A stretch of 64,000 nucleotides of DNA from an uncultured Clostridium sp. (lineage in GTDB: Bacteria > Bacillota > Clostridia > TANB77 > CAG-508), in assembly GCA_946548575.1 (NCBI GenBank), contig CAMNPT010000001.1, positions 48,282 to 112,281 on the forward strand. Direction: 5' to 3'. This document shows, piece after piece, positions 41,093 through 49,468 of the stretch; position 1 is the first letter of the stretch, and each line of letters opens with the position of its first letter. The translations under genes and the position numbers were made by a program. The notes beneath the pieces are model-generated. The model saw only the letters and a program-made list of their open reading frames with translations. It ran no database searches and was not told where the DNA came from.

Positions 41093-41548
41093 TTATTTTT
41101 TAAAATGTTTATTCATTAGTTTTTCTATTAACTCTTCTTTTAATTTCTCATTTTCAGTATTTTCCACTAATTTAATTATTTTTTCTTCATTTTCATGGTA
41201 AGATAAATCTTTAAAATAATTTTGTTTATTTTCATTTGATTTGTTAAATATGTATAAAATTGTAGCAGATAATAAATCTATAAAACAACCACAAATTGTT
41301 CCAGCGACCAATGTTTCTGTAATTTTTAATGCATAAATAACAAAACTCGCTATTATTAATAAAATTCCAACCCATATCATCCAGATAGCATTTTTTACTA
41401 TCATTTTATTTTGTTGTATTTCTTCTTTATGATACTCTTCCGAACTTAGTTTAGGTGAGCCTTTTATTTTTACCCTATTGCTTTCTTTGGTTAATTTATT
41501 GTTATCCGATATTTCAAATTTATTTTGTTTCGCCATTATCTTCCTCAC
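41093..41548 (-). CDS. hypothetical membrane protein
   Basis: 151 aa, two central TM helices, charged termini. Confidence 0.4.
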   Translation of the reverse strand: MRKIMAKQNKFEISDNNKLTKESNRVKIKGSPKLSSEEYHKEEIQQNKMIVKNAIWMIWVGILLIIASFVIYALKITETLVAGTICGCFIDLLSATILYIFNKSNENKQNYFKDLSYHENEEKIIKLVENTENEKLKEELIEKLMNKHFKK

Positions 41549-41807
41549 TTTTTATTTCGTTTTCAAGATCATCTAAACATCCTAATATAAGTCCATTTAT
41601 AAAAACTGTATTTCCACAATTTCTACATGATACGGGTATTAATGGTTGAAATTTTCCTCCTAATTTCATTTCCTTTTTTTCTCCAACTTCTATCGGTGTA
41701 ACAATTGAAGTATCCACTGTCCATTCCGCTGATTGGCAATATGGACAATTAACTCCTTTCCATTTTTCATTTAATTTTTTTAATAATATTTCATTATTTA
41801 TTTTCAT
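41520..41807 (-). CDS. hypothetical zinc-ribbon protein
   Basis: two CxxC pairs (CPYCQS...CRNCGN); 95 aa; overlaps the downstream membrane-protein gene. Confidence 0.45.
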   Translation of the reverse strand: MKINNEILLKKLNEKWKGVNCPYCQSAEWTVDTSIVTPIEVGEKKEMKLGGKFQPLIPVSCRNCGNTVFINGLILGCLDDLENEIKSEEDNGETK

Positions 41808-41861
41808 AAGCCTCTCCTTATCATTTATTGAATTTTATTTTTTAATTTTATAAACACTAAA

Positions 41862-42404
41862 TTATTTTATCCATTCTTCTTTTAATAATCCAGTTATATA
41901 TTCATCTTCATAGTTACCTGTTGCTTGTGATATAATTTTTTTTCTTCTTATACCTTCATCTTTGTATCCAAACCTTAATTGCATTTTGTGTGATTTTTCA
42001 TTTTCTTTAAAGTAACCATTTTCCAATCTTCTAAGTCCAAGTTCTTCAAAAGCATATTTAATTCTCGCCCCAAATGCTTCTGTTCCATAACCTTTTCCTT
42101 GATATTTTTCGTTTAACCAAATCCCACCACCTGCTGTACCATGTACATTGCTTATATTAGTTAATTGAGTCCCACCTATTACCTTGTTTTCTTCTTTTAG
42201 AACAATAGCAAAGTTATATAAATTGTTTTCAATAGATTTAGTTATAAAACTTTTAGCATCTTCTTCTGTATATGGATATGGTACTTGTGCTAGCCACTTT
42301 GTTACATTTAAGTTATTTAATCCTTCAACTACATCATTAACATCATCTAATCTCCATTTTCTTAATATTAATCTATCTGTTTCTATTATTATATCTTCAT
42401 TCAT
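41862..42404 (-). CDS. GNAT family N-acetyltransferase (RimJ/RimL-like)
   Basis: QGKGYGTEA acetyl-CoA motif; 4 nt overlap (ATGA) with the upstream DinD-like gene. Confidence 0.7.
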   Translation of the reverse strand: MNEDIIIETDRLILRKWRLDDVNDVVEGLNNLNVTKWLAQVPYPYTEEDAKSFITKSIENNLYNFAIVLKEENKVIGGTQLTNISNVHGTAGGGIWLNEKYQGKGYGTEAFGARIKYAFEELGLRRLENGYFKENEKSHKMQLRFGYKDEGIRRKKIISQATGNYEDEYITGLLKEEWIK

Positions 42405-43270
42405 CTTTTTTTACCTTCTTTATCTCCGATTTGTTTTTGTTCATCTATGTACTTATAGTTTAAACTATTACTTTTAGATATAGCAGACTTTTTAGTTTCT
42501 TTTTCGTATAAGTCTTTTGCTCCTTTTGCAACTCCTCCACCACGCTTAGCTACATTCAAGTTTTCTTTTAATCCCTGTGGATGCTCTTCTCTTGCTATAT
42601 CTCTTGTTGCAATCTCACCTATATTAGTAAGTGCCACTTCTATATCTGTCATATTATCTCTTAAAGATTCCTTCCTAAGGCCTTTTAATTTTTTATATTC
42701 GCTAGCCTTCATTCCAGACCAACCTTTGTATATTTCATTTGTTAAAAGTGCATATTCAATTGGCTTAGTTATTCCTCCCTCTTTCCAAACATCAGTAAGT
42801 TTAAATCTATCTACAATACCATTTAATCTTGCTTTTATCCATTCATCACTATATCCTTTATTACGATAATATTGTACGGCTCTATTAACTGCAATTTCTG
42901 GATCAAATACTTCATCAATTCTCTCACTACCTAAATTTGCAAGCCAAACTTTAAAAGGTTCTGCTTTGCTACTTGGAACAGATTCAATAAGTCTAAAAAT
43001 ATCACGAGTTGTCATTGCATCTCTTAAACGCATTTTTCCGTCTGGAGCTAACATTTTCAACTGACTACAATTTGTAGTCACTTCACTACCTTCTTTTTTT
43101 AATCTATTTTTTAAAACAGACCAATATTTTCTTGGTTTAGGACTATCTGTTAAAGCATTTATAACATCCACAACACTAAAAAAATATTCTTCTTTTTCAC
43201 TATCCCATACACTTCTAATTTCTTTATCTTCAAATAAATTTGAAATCGTTTCTATTTTGTTATTATCCAT
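42401..43270 (-). CDS. Bro-N domain protein, DNA-damage-inducible protein D (DinD)-like, paralog 1
   Basis: start MDNNKIETISNLF with AGGAGG RBS; Bro-N-like N-terminus (IRSVWDSEKEEYFFSVVDVINAL); C-terminal half near-identical to paralog 2. Confidence 0.6.
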   Translation of the reverse strand: MDNNKIETISNLFEDKEIRSVWDSEKEEYFFSVVDVINALTDSPKPRKYWSVLKNRLKKEGSEVTTNCSQLKMLAPDGKMRLRDAMTTRDIFRLIESVPSSKAEPFKVWLANLGSERIDEVFDPEIAVNRAVQYYRNKGYSDEWIKARLNGIVDRFKLTDVWKEGGITKPIEYALLTNEIYKGWSGMKASEYKKLKGLRKESLRDNMTDIEVALTNIGEIATRDIAREEHPQGLKENLNVAKRGGGVAKGAKDLYEKETKKSAISKSNSLNYKYIDEQKQIGDKEGKKR

Positions 43271-43305
43271 AAAATTCCTCCTTTCTAATTTATTTATTAC
43301 GCATA

Positions 43306-43324
43306 TCCCGTCGAATTCGACGGA
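43306..43324. promoter_or_regulatory. perfect palindrome CCCGTCGAATTCGACGG(A), copy 1, ~40 nt upstream of DinD-like paralog 1
   Basis: read directly; same motif at 43838 and 44905. Confidence 0.6.
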
Positions 43325-43331
43325 TTTAGTA

Positions 43332-43805
43332 TTAATCTTCAATCATATCTATCATTCTCATATGATATCCATTTCTTTCATAAAATTTTATTGCATTTTC
43401 ATTATATCCAAATACTGCAATCATTATTTTTTCACAGCCAATACTCTTTAAATAATCTCTCATACTTTCTAATAGTTTTTCACCTATATGCTTACCTCTG
43501 TATTCTTTTGAAACTACCAATTCTGTTATTCTTCCTCTTTTAGGTGCTTTAAAATCGAACCTAATTTCTTCATCGTTATTTACTATTCCAACTACTAGTC
43601 CAACAATTTTTTCATTTTCTTTAAATAGTAATATTTTTCCATTACATTTTTTAACCTCTTCAATAGTTTTTTCAAAGTATTTTTCTCTATAATCATCTCC
43701 AACAATATTATATCCTTCTTTGTCAATATCTGATAAATATTGTTGCAATTCTAGTAATAAATCTTTTATTTGTTCATTATAGTTTGGACTATATTCTATT
43801 ATCAT
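43332..43805 (-). CDS. GNAT family N-acetyltransferase
   Basis: RGKHIGEKLL acetyl-CoA motif; 157 aa. Confidence 0.7.
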   Translation of the reverse strand: MIIEYSPNYNEQIKDLLLELQQYLSDIDKEGYNIVGDDYREKYFEKTIEEVKKCNGKILLFKENEKIVGLVVGIVNNDEEIRFDFKAPKRGRITELVVSKEYRGKHIGEKLLESMRDYLKSIGCEKIMIAVFGYNENAIKFYERNGYHMRMIDMIED

Positions 43806-43837
43806 TATAATAAATCCTTTCCTTTTCGTTTTTTAAT

Positions 43838-43855
43838 CCATCGAATTCGACGGGA
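43838..43855. promoter_or_regulatory. palindrome copy 2 (CCATCGAATTCGACGGG), ~35 nt upstream of GNAT 43332..43805
   Basis: read directly. Confidence 0.55.
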
Positions 43856-43904
43856 TATTATCTATTTATATCAAATCACGAAAGATGTTAAGTTTATTAA
43901 GTGT

Positions 43905-43994
43905 TCATTTTTGAACACTTTTAGGAAGTTTTGCATTTGCCCATTCTTCACAGTTGATGTTTGTACTTGGCAACTTTTCTTTTTTATCTTCCAT
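43905..43994 (-). CDS. small ORF A (29 aa, MEDKKEKLPSTNINCEEWANAKLPKSVQK), member of a 3-copy small-protein family
   Basis: RBS AGGAAAG; paralogs at 45582..45701 and 46318..46437 differ mainly at codon third positions. Confidence 0.5.
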   Translation of the reverse strand: MEDKKEKLPSTNINCEEWANAKLPKSVQK

Positions 43995-43995
43995 A

Positions 43996-44868
43996 TTACT
44001 CACTTTCCTTTTTATTTCTATTATCAATTTGTTTTTGTTCATCTATGTACTCATAATTTAAACTATTGCTTTTAGATATAGCAGATTTTTTTGTTTCTTT
44101 TTCATACAAATCTTTTGCTCCTTTTGCAACTCCTCCACCACGCTTAGCAACATTTAAATTTTCTTTTAATCCCTGTGGATGTTCTTCTCTTGCTATATCT
44201 CTTGTTGCAATTTCTCCTATATTTGTGAGAGCGACTTCTATATCTGTCATATTATCTCTTAATGATTCTTTTCTAAGTCCTTTTAGTTTCTTATATTCGC
44301 TAGCCTTCATTCCAGACCAACCTTTATATATTTCATTTGTCAAAAGCGCATATTCATAATTATTTGTAATACCATTTTCTTTCCAAGTATCTGTCAATTT
44401 CTTTCTATTTAATATTCCATTTAATCTTTCTGAAATCCATTTATCACTATATCCTCTGTTTCTGTAATAATCTATCGCACGATTAACCGCTATCTCTGGA
44501 TCGAATACTTCATCTACTCTCTCTTTTCCAAGTGACGCTAACCACATTTTAAATGGTTCCGCTTTCGGAGATGAAACTGATTCAATAAGTCTAAAAATAC
44601 CTTTTGTATCCAAAGTGTCTGTTTCTCTCATTTTTCCATCTTGTGCTTTCATTTTCAACTGCACGATATTTTCGTGCAGTTCACTTCCTTCAGATTTTAA
44701 CTTTCTTTTTAAATCACTCCAATAATTTCTTGGAATATTACTATCTGTTAATGCACTTATAACATCTACGACACTAAAAAAATATTCTTCTTTTTCAGAA
44801 TCCCATACACTTCTAATTTCCTTATCTTCAAAGAGATTTGAAATCGTTTCTATTTTGTTATTATCCAT
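43996..44868 (-). CDS. Bro-N domain protein, DinD-like, paralog 2
   Basis: start MDNNKIETISNLF with AGGAGG RBS; 3' ~300 nt nearly identical at DNA level to paralog 1. Confidence 0.6.
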   Translation of the reverse strand: MDNNKIETISNLFEDKEIRSVWDSEKEEYFFSVVDVISALTDSNIPRNYWSDLKRKLKSEGSELHENIVQLKMKAQDGKMRETDTLDTKGIFRLIESVSSPKAEPFKMWLASLGKERVDEVFDPEIAVNRAIDYYRNRGYSDKWISERLNGILNRKKLTDTWKENGITNNYEYALLTNEIYKGWSGMKASEYKKLKGLRKESLRDNMTDIEVALTNIGEIATRDIAREEHPQGLKENLNVAKRGGGVAKGAKDLYEKETKKSAISKSNSLNYEYIDEQKQIDNRNKKESE

Positions 44869-44904
44869 AAAATTCCTCCTTTCTAATTTATTCATTACGC
44901 ATAT

Positions 44905-44921
44905 CCCGTCGAATTCGACAG
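44905..44921. promoter_or_regulatory. palindrome copy 3 (CCCGTCGAATTCGACAG), upstream of DinD-like paralog 2
   Basis: read directly; flanks identical to copy 1. Confidence 0.55.
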
Positions 44922-44992
44922 ATTTATATTAATATCAAACATTCTTTCTCTAATTTTGTTTTCAAAGGTCTCGGATTCGATACCTTTAAAAT

Positions 44993-45136
44993 TTATATTA
45001 CGTTTTTATCTATCCAATTTAAAAAATCTTTACTTGCATTTTTTATTTCATAATATGATATTTCTGCAACTTCATAGTCATGTATTTGTTTAATTTCATT
45101 TTCTATTTCTTTCTTATCACAAAGTGTTGTTGCCAT
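44993..45136 (-). CDS. possible small ORF (47 aa) immediately downstream of HD gene
   Basis: ATG 7 nt after the HD stop with no clear RBS; weak. Confidence 0.25.
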   Translation of the reverse strand: MATTLCDKKEIENEIKQIHDYEVAEISYYEIKNASKDFLNWIDKNVI

Positions 45137-45143
45137 AATAAAT

Positions 45144-45566
45144 TTATCCATTATAATTACCTCTCAATTTTTCTATTAAAATTTTTGCATCACAATATGT
45201 TTTTGATTCTTCTCCATATCTATTTTTTATATCTTCTAATCTTTTATCATATCCCACATCATTACCATATTTATCAATTTGCATATCTGCTTTATTTAAT
45301 ATTTCCAAAAATAATGATGTATATTCTGAATTTATATCTCCATGATAATAAACTTCTTTCCAATATTTATAATTATTTCTTTTTAGTATATCTCCACCTA
45401 TATGTGCGTGTTTTAAATTATCTCCATATTCATCATATCCAATATCATGATTAAATCCTAACACAAGTAAATCTTGTAATTCAAATTCATTCAAATTATA
45501 TCTTCTTCCAATTTCTATCATTTTTCTTGCAACTGCTATTGAATGTTTTAGTCTATCTTCATCCAT
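45144..45566 (-). CDS. HD superfamily hydrolase (small, 140 aa)
   Basis: HSIAVARK...GFNHDIGY...HAHIGGDIL HD motifs. Confidence 0.6.
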   Translation of the reverse strand: MDEDRLKHSIAVARKMIEIGRRYNLNEFELQDLLVLGFNHDIGYDEYGDNLKHAHIGGDILKRNNYKYWKEVYYHGDINSEYTSLFLEILNKADMQIDKYGNDVGYDKRLEDIKNRYGEESKTYCDAKILIEKLRGNYNG

Positions 45567-45581
45567 ATATTCTCTCCAATA

Positions 45582-45701
45582 TTATATTTTCATCAAAATA
45601 TGTAATATATTTAAAGCAATAATGTCTGTATTTTCAATGTTTTTAGGAAGTTTTTCATAAATCCGTCTCTCCCAGTTGATGTTTGTTTTATTCTCCTCCA
45701 T
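45582..45701 (-). CDS. small ORF B (39 aa, MEENKTNINWERRIYEKLPKNIENTDIIALNILHILMKI)
   Basis: RBS GAGGAAG; conserved TNINW/C...IY.KLPK.IEN core shared with ORFs A and C. Confidence 0.5.
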   Translation of the reverse strand: MEENKTNINWERRIYEKLPKNIENTDIIALNILHILMKI

Positions 45702-45794
45702 CTATATCACTTCCTCATTTTTACAATTCAATACTTTCTATATTCTAACATAAAAACAAGTGATTTTCAAATAATCACTTGCTTTTCATGATTT

Positions 45795-46244
45795 TTAACC
45801 TTTATATCCTCTTAAAAAACTATCTAATTCTTTTTCATTATTAAAAATGTTTTCAAATATATTATATAAAGTATCTGTTGCCTCATATTCACCGATAGCA
45901 TAGCATTTTTTTCCTAATCCGTATGCTATTCCTGATTCTATATGTGCGGCTTTTCCAGCTGGTAATACTAGTAATAAATTTCTAGAACTCTTTTCCCCTT
46001 CTAAATCTTGATTAAACAAATTTAAAACAACATCACTTTTTAGTCCTAAGGATTCAAATTCTGCTTGTTTTTCTTCCGGAGTTTGATTTTCATTACCATA
46101 TCCCCAACTGTCTTCATTTTTTAAGAAACAATAATAAGAAATATTATATTTATCAAATATATCACATATTTTTAAAATATTTTCCTTATTTCTAGCTCTT
46201 CCTGCTATAAAAAATTCGTATTTTTCCATAATCTTTTCCTCCAT
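45795..46244 (-). CDS. nucleoside 2-deoxyribosyltransferase-like protein (likely start MEKYEF at 46229)
   Basis: FFIAG...LLVLPAGKAAHIESGIAYGLGKKCYAIG resembles the PF05014 fold; RBS GGAGG. Confidence 0.5.
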   Translation of the reverse strand: MEEKIMEKYEFFIAGRARNKENILKICDIFDKYNISYYCFLKNEDSWGYGNENQTPEEKQAEFESLGLKSDVVLNLFNQDLEGEKSSRNLLLVLPAGKAAHIESGIAYGLGKKCYAIGEYEATDTLYNIFENIFNNEKELDSFLRGYKG

Positions 46245-46317
46245 AAATAATTTTTAATTTCTATTCAGAATTTCACAGTTATACAATTAAATATAAGTAG
46301 TTTTACATCAAATACGA

Positions 46318-46437
46318 AAAAATCTCGATGTAAAAAATTGAATGTTTTCAATAGTTTCAAGGAACTTTCTATAAATCGTTTTATCGCAGTTAATACTTGT
46401 ACTTGCACAACTTTTTTCATTATTCATTTTATTCACC
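46318..46437 (-). CDS. small ORF C (39 aa, MNNEKSCASTSINCDKTIYRKFLETIENIQFFTSRFFRI)
   Basis: RBS AAGGTGA; third member of the small-protein family. Confidence 0.5.
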
Positions 46438-46540
46438 TTATTTCCTTTTAAACTCTATTTTTATTTGCACCAATACGTTCAATATATTTTTTCAGATTCT
46501 ATTCCTAAATTCATATTTGTTTTCACTTCATAATTTTAAA

Positions 46541-46612
46541 AAAAATATAGAATATATGTATTTTTATTCTATATTTTATCCTATACTTTATTCTATACTT
46601 TGTCAATATTTT
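46541..46612. repeat. iteron-like cluster of TATAGAAT / TCTATACTTT repeats including an 8 bp inverted pair
   Basis: TATAGAATATATGTATTTTTATTCTATA then TCCTATACTTTATTCTATACTTTG; at the distal end of the co-oriented cargo array. Confidence 0.5.
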
Positions 46613-46638
46613 GTTAAAACAAATGTCATAAATCCATT

Positions 46639-47139
46639 TTATAATGTCCTATAATTATTTTTGTCAGCTCTATCATCTAATTTTCTATCAAATTGCTCAT
46701 TTGCATAAAACCAATCAGTTTTTTTATCTTTTGGGTGTGCTTTTCTTCCTTTATCTGCTAACATATCAAACAAAACTGCAATTGGTATAATCATTCCAAT
46801 TACTGACATAAATAAATTAAGATAAGTTCCTATTAAGTCTACATCACCTTCAACTGCAGCTAATAAAACTTGAACATTATTATATATATCTACTCCAAAA
46901 TACATTCCATAAGCTAGTAGATAAATTAAAGCTCCTACTAATTTTCTTTTTACTACTAAAACCATACATGCTAATGTAACAAATAGTAATCCTATTTCCA
47001 TTTCTAAATTTAATGGTGTTATTGCAAATTCCATATTCATTTGTGCAGTTACTGCTACCATTATTCTAGAAGCCCAAAATAATATCATAAACATAACTAA
47101 TAAATAAGTTGAGAAATTTTTCATTTGTTTTACCTCCAT
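46639..47139 (-). CDS. hypothetical membrane protein
   Basis: 166 aa, 4 TM helices, charged C-terminus. Confidence 0.4.
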   Translation of the reverse strand: MEVKQMKNFSTYLLVMFMILFWASRIMVAVTAQMNMEFAITPLNLEMEIGLLFVTLACMVLVVKRKLVGALIYLLAYGMYFGVDIYNNVQVLLAAVEGDVDLIGTYLNLFMSVIGMIIPIAVLFDMLADKGRKAHPKDKKTDWFYANEQFDRKLDDRADKNNYRTL

Positions 47140-47199
47140 TTCAATATGTATAAAGGTGAAGTTTTATCTCCACCTTTATTAGTATTTTTATTCTTTTTA

Positions 47200-47526
47200 T
47201 TAATCTACAAAGTCAAAATCATCTTTAAATTTTTCTTTAAATATTTCAAATACTTTATTTAGTATTTCTTCATCTTCAATACTAACATAAGATTCTTCTT
47301 CAACATTGTCACCTTCAATGTCTTCAATTTTTAGTATAACTACCTCTCCTTCTTCTTCCTCTCCTTCTTTTGTAATAGGTAATAATACTACATATTCTTC
47401 GTCATCTAATTCAATAAGATCTAAAAATTCAAATTGTACTTCATTTCCATCCTCATCATTCAATACTACAATATTGTTTAAATCCTCGCTTTCGTAATTT
47501 TCATCCATAATTTTTTCTCCTTTCAT
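47200..47526 (-). CDS. DUF1292 family acidic protein (YrzB-like)
   Basis: acidic 108 aa with ...VVLNDEDGNEVQFEFLD...EYVVLLP signature; conserved downstream of ruvX. Confidence 0.65.
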   Translation of the reverse strand: MKGEKIMDENYESEDLNNIVVLNDEDGNEVQFEFLDLIELDDEEYVVLLPITKEGEEEEGEVVILKIEDIEGDNVEEESYVSIEDEEILNKVFEIFKEKFKDDFDFVD

Positions 47527-47564
47527 TTTTTTATATTATTTATTTTTTATATAATATAGTATTT

Positions 47565-47999
47565 TTAATTATTTTGTAATGTATTTTTTTGTTTATTTAA
47601 ATATGTTTCTAAAATATATACTGCAGATATAGTATCTACTATATTTTTCTTTTTATTCTTATTAATATTTAAAAAGTTCATTGTTTTATGTGCTTCAACA
47701 GTTGTTAATCTTTCATCCATAGTTTCAATTTTTATTTTATTATATTTACATTTTAATTTATGAATAAATTGTTCTGTAATTTCTACTCTTTTTGATATTG
47801 TTCCATTCATATTTAAAGGTTTACCAACTACAATTGTTTCTACCTCATATTTTTGTAAAATTTCGTCTAATCTGCGTAAAACTATTTTATCAGAACCATT
47901 TCTATTTATAGTTTCTAATCCTTGTGCTGTAATATTCAACTCATCTGTTATAGCAACTCCAACTCGACTATCACCATAATCAATTCCTAATATTCTCAT
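47565..47999 (-). CDS. ruvX: Holliday junction resolvase-like RuvX (YqgF)
   Basis: MRILGIDYGDSRVGVAITD N-terminus; 144 aa. Confidence 0.85.
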   Translation of the reverse strand: MRILGIDYGDSRVGVAITDELNITAQGLETINRNGSDKIVLRRLDEILQKYEVETIVVGKPLNMNGTISKRVEITEQFIHKLKCKYNKIKIETMDERLTTVEAHKTMNFLNINKNKKKNIVDTISAVYILETYLNKQKNTLQNN

Positions 48000-48001
48000 T
48001 T

Positions 48002-48256
48002 CTATTCTTCAATTCCTATATATTTTTTTACCATTTTTTCTAGTAATTCATCTCTTTCTATTGTTCTTATTTTGTTTCTTGCATCATTATGGCTAGTTAT
48101 ATAAGTTGGGTCTCCTGATAATATATATCCAACAATTTGATTAATTGGATTATATCCTTTTTCAACTAAAGCATCATATACTTCTTTTAGAATTTCCTGA
48201 CATTTTTCATTTTCCTCTCTGTCAACTTTAAAACGCATAGTTTTATCAAATTCCAT
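48002..48256 (-). CDS. ireB: IreB family regulatory phosphoprotein (UPF0297)
   Basis: 84 aa, ...[35 protein letters not shown] signature; conserved partner of ruvX. Confidence 0.75.
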   Translation of the reverse strand: MEFDKTMRFKVDREENEKCQEILKEVYDALVEKGYNPINQIVGYILSGDPTYITSHNDARNKIRTIERDELLEKMVKKYIGIEE

Positions 48257-48309
48257 ACTATTTCACTCCTCTTTTAACCAAAATGAACACATCTTAATTG
48301 GTTTTATTT

Positions 48310-49443
48310 TTATATATTTGTAATATCACTTTCAGATATCTCTGCATTGTCTAAATATTCTTCTAGCTTCTTCAATATTTCCTCTAATCCAGTACCTTTG
48401 TAATATGATGATATAACAAAATTTAATCTTGGTACTGCAATTTCTTTTAAATCTTTTTCTGTTTTCTTTTTTATCCTTACACCTAGATTATATTGTTCTA
48501 TTTCCTCTGCTGTTAAACTAATTTTCATCCCTTCAATATTTGTTTTTATATCATTTAAGAAATCTCCTACACCTTCTGTTTCAACTCCAGAAAATGCAAT
48601 TACAAATTTTGGTCCCATATATCTAACAAATACATATTCATCAGATAAACTTGTTTTTACATATTCACTTATTTCTTTAATTACTTTGTTTCCTAGCTCT
48701 CTAGAGAAATTATTATTTATTTGTTGTATGTTTGTTATTTTAAACATACATATTGTAGATACCGTATACTGGTCAATGACTTTTTTTCCTTCACCATATA
48801 AATATTCTTCTGAATATAAACCTGTAAATAGGTCCTTTCTAACAATTGACTCTAATGTTTTTTGATGTACTACTGTTTTTAATACAGATACAATATTTTC
48901 TTTAATAACTTCTAAAACCGTTATATCCACATTATCAAAATCGTGAGGTGTTCCACTTTCCATAATCCAGTATCCAATATATACATTATCTATATATAAA
49001 GGAAAGAACACTGCTGATTTAGCTCTTCCAAATTCCATTTTTTGATATGGAAGTCTTTCACTTTCACTATTTACAGTTACATATTTAGGTGTTGCTGTTT
49101 CTATACTGTCTTTAAACATTTCAAGTTCATGTAACCCTTTTAATGAGTTCCAGTGCTTTTCATCTACATTAGATGCCTTTATTTCATATTCTGCACCATT
49201 AAATACCACTATAGTTGAATATTTTATTTCATATCTTTCTATTAAAACATCATTAATTTTTTTAATTTTTTCATCAACCGTAGATGTTTCACCAATAGCA
49301 TTTATAAAATCTTGGACAACTGATAGATTTGTTATTTGTTGATTTGTATTTCGTAATTTTTGTATATTTCTGTGAATTTTTATATTATATATAACTAATC
49401 CTAATATAATTAAAACTAGTATTACAACTACTGCTATTATCAC
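48310..49443 (-). CDS. membrane-anchored protein with degenerate GGDEF-like domain
   Basis: N-terminal TM; C-terminal diguanylate-cyclase-like fold in which RYMGPKF replaces GGDEF. Confidence 0.5.
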   Translation of the reverse strand: MIIAVVVILVLIILGLVIYNIKIHRNIQKLRNTNQQITNLSVVQDFINAIGETSTVDEKIKKINDVLIERYEIKYSTIVVFNGAEYEIKASNVDEKHWNSLKGLHELEMFKDSIETATPKYVTVNSESERLPYQKMEFGRAKSAVFFPLYIDNVYIGYWIMESGTPHDFDNVDITVLEVIKENIVSVLKTVVHQKTLESIVRKDLFTGLYSEEYLYGEGKKVIDQYTVSTICMFKITNIQQINNNFSRELGNKVIKEISEYVKTSLSDEYVFVRYMGPKFVIAFSGVETEGVGDFLNDIKTNIEGMKISLTAEEIEQYNLGVRIKKKTEKDLKEIAVPRLNFVISSYYKGTGLEEILKKLEEYLDNAEISESDITNI

Positions 49444-49468
49444 CTATGTTTACCCCCTTTTGTTTTTA

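Larger units (their letters stand above)
39769..46640 (-). mobile_element. putative accessory island / cargo array anchored by a large serine recombinase (boundaries uncertain)
   Basis: all genes co-oriented; GNAT x3, DinD-like x2, HD, deoxyribosyltransferase-like, small-ORF family, repeated palindromes and terminal iteron-like repeats; lies between core rbgA and the core DUF1292/ruvX/ireB block. Confidence 0.45.

Noticed and set aside
41520-41548. Overlap between the zinc-ribbon ORF and the membrane-protein ORF, as a possible frameshifted single gene
   Set aside because: Typical ATG-within-stop operon overlap (AATGGCGAAACAAAATAA). No conserved sequence is restored by shifting, and there is no CGGA context.
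43306-43324. Palindrome as a LexA (Cheo) box, given the DinD-like annotation
   Set aside because: The sequence TCGAATTCGA lacks the GAAC-N4-GTTC core of Firmicutes LexA boxes.
45582-45701. CGGA inside small ORF B (gag-aga-CGG-att), as a possible eighth inserted-C frameshift
   Set aside because: Keeping the C gives ...WERRIYEKLPKNIEN, which matches the conserved core of ORFs A and C; removing it destroys the family similarity. So this CGGA is native.
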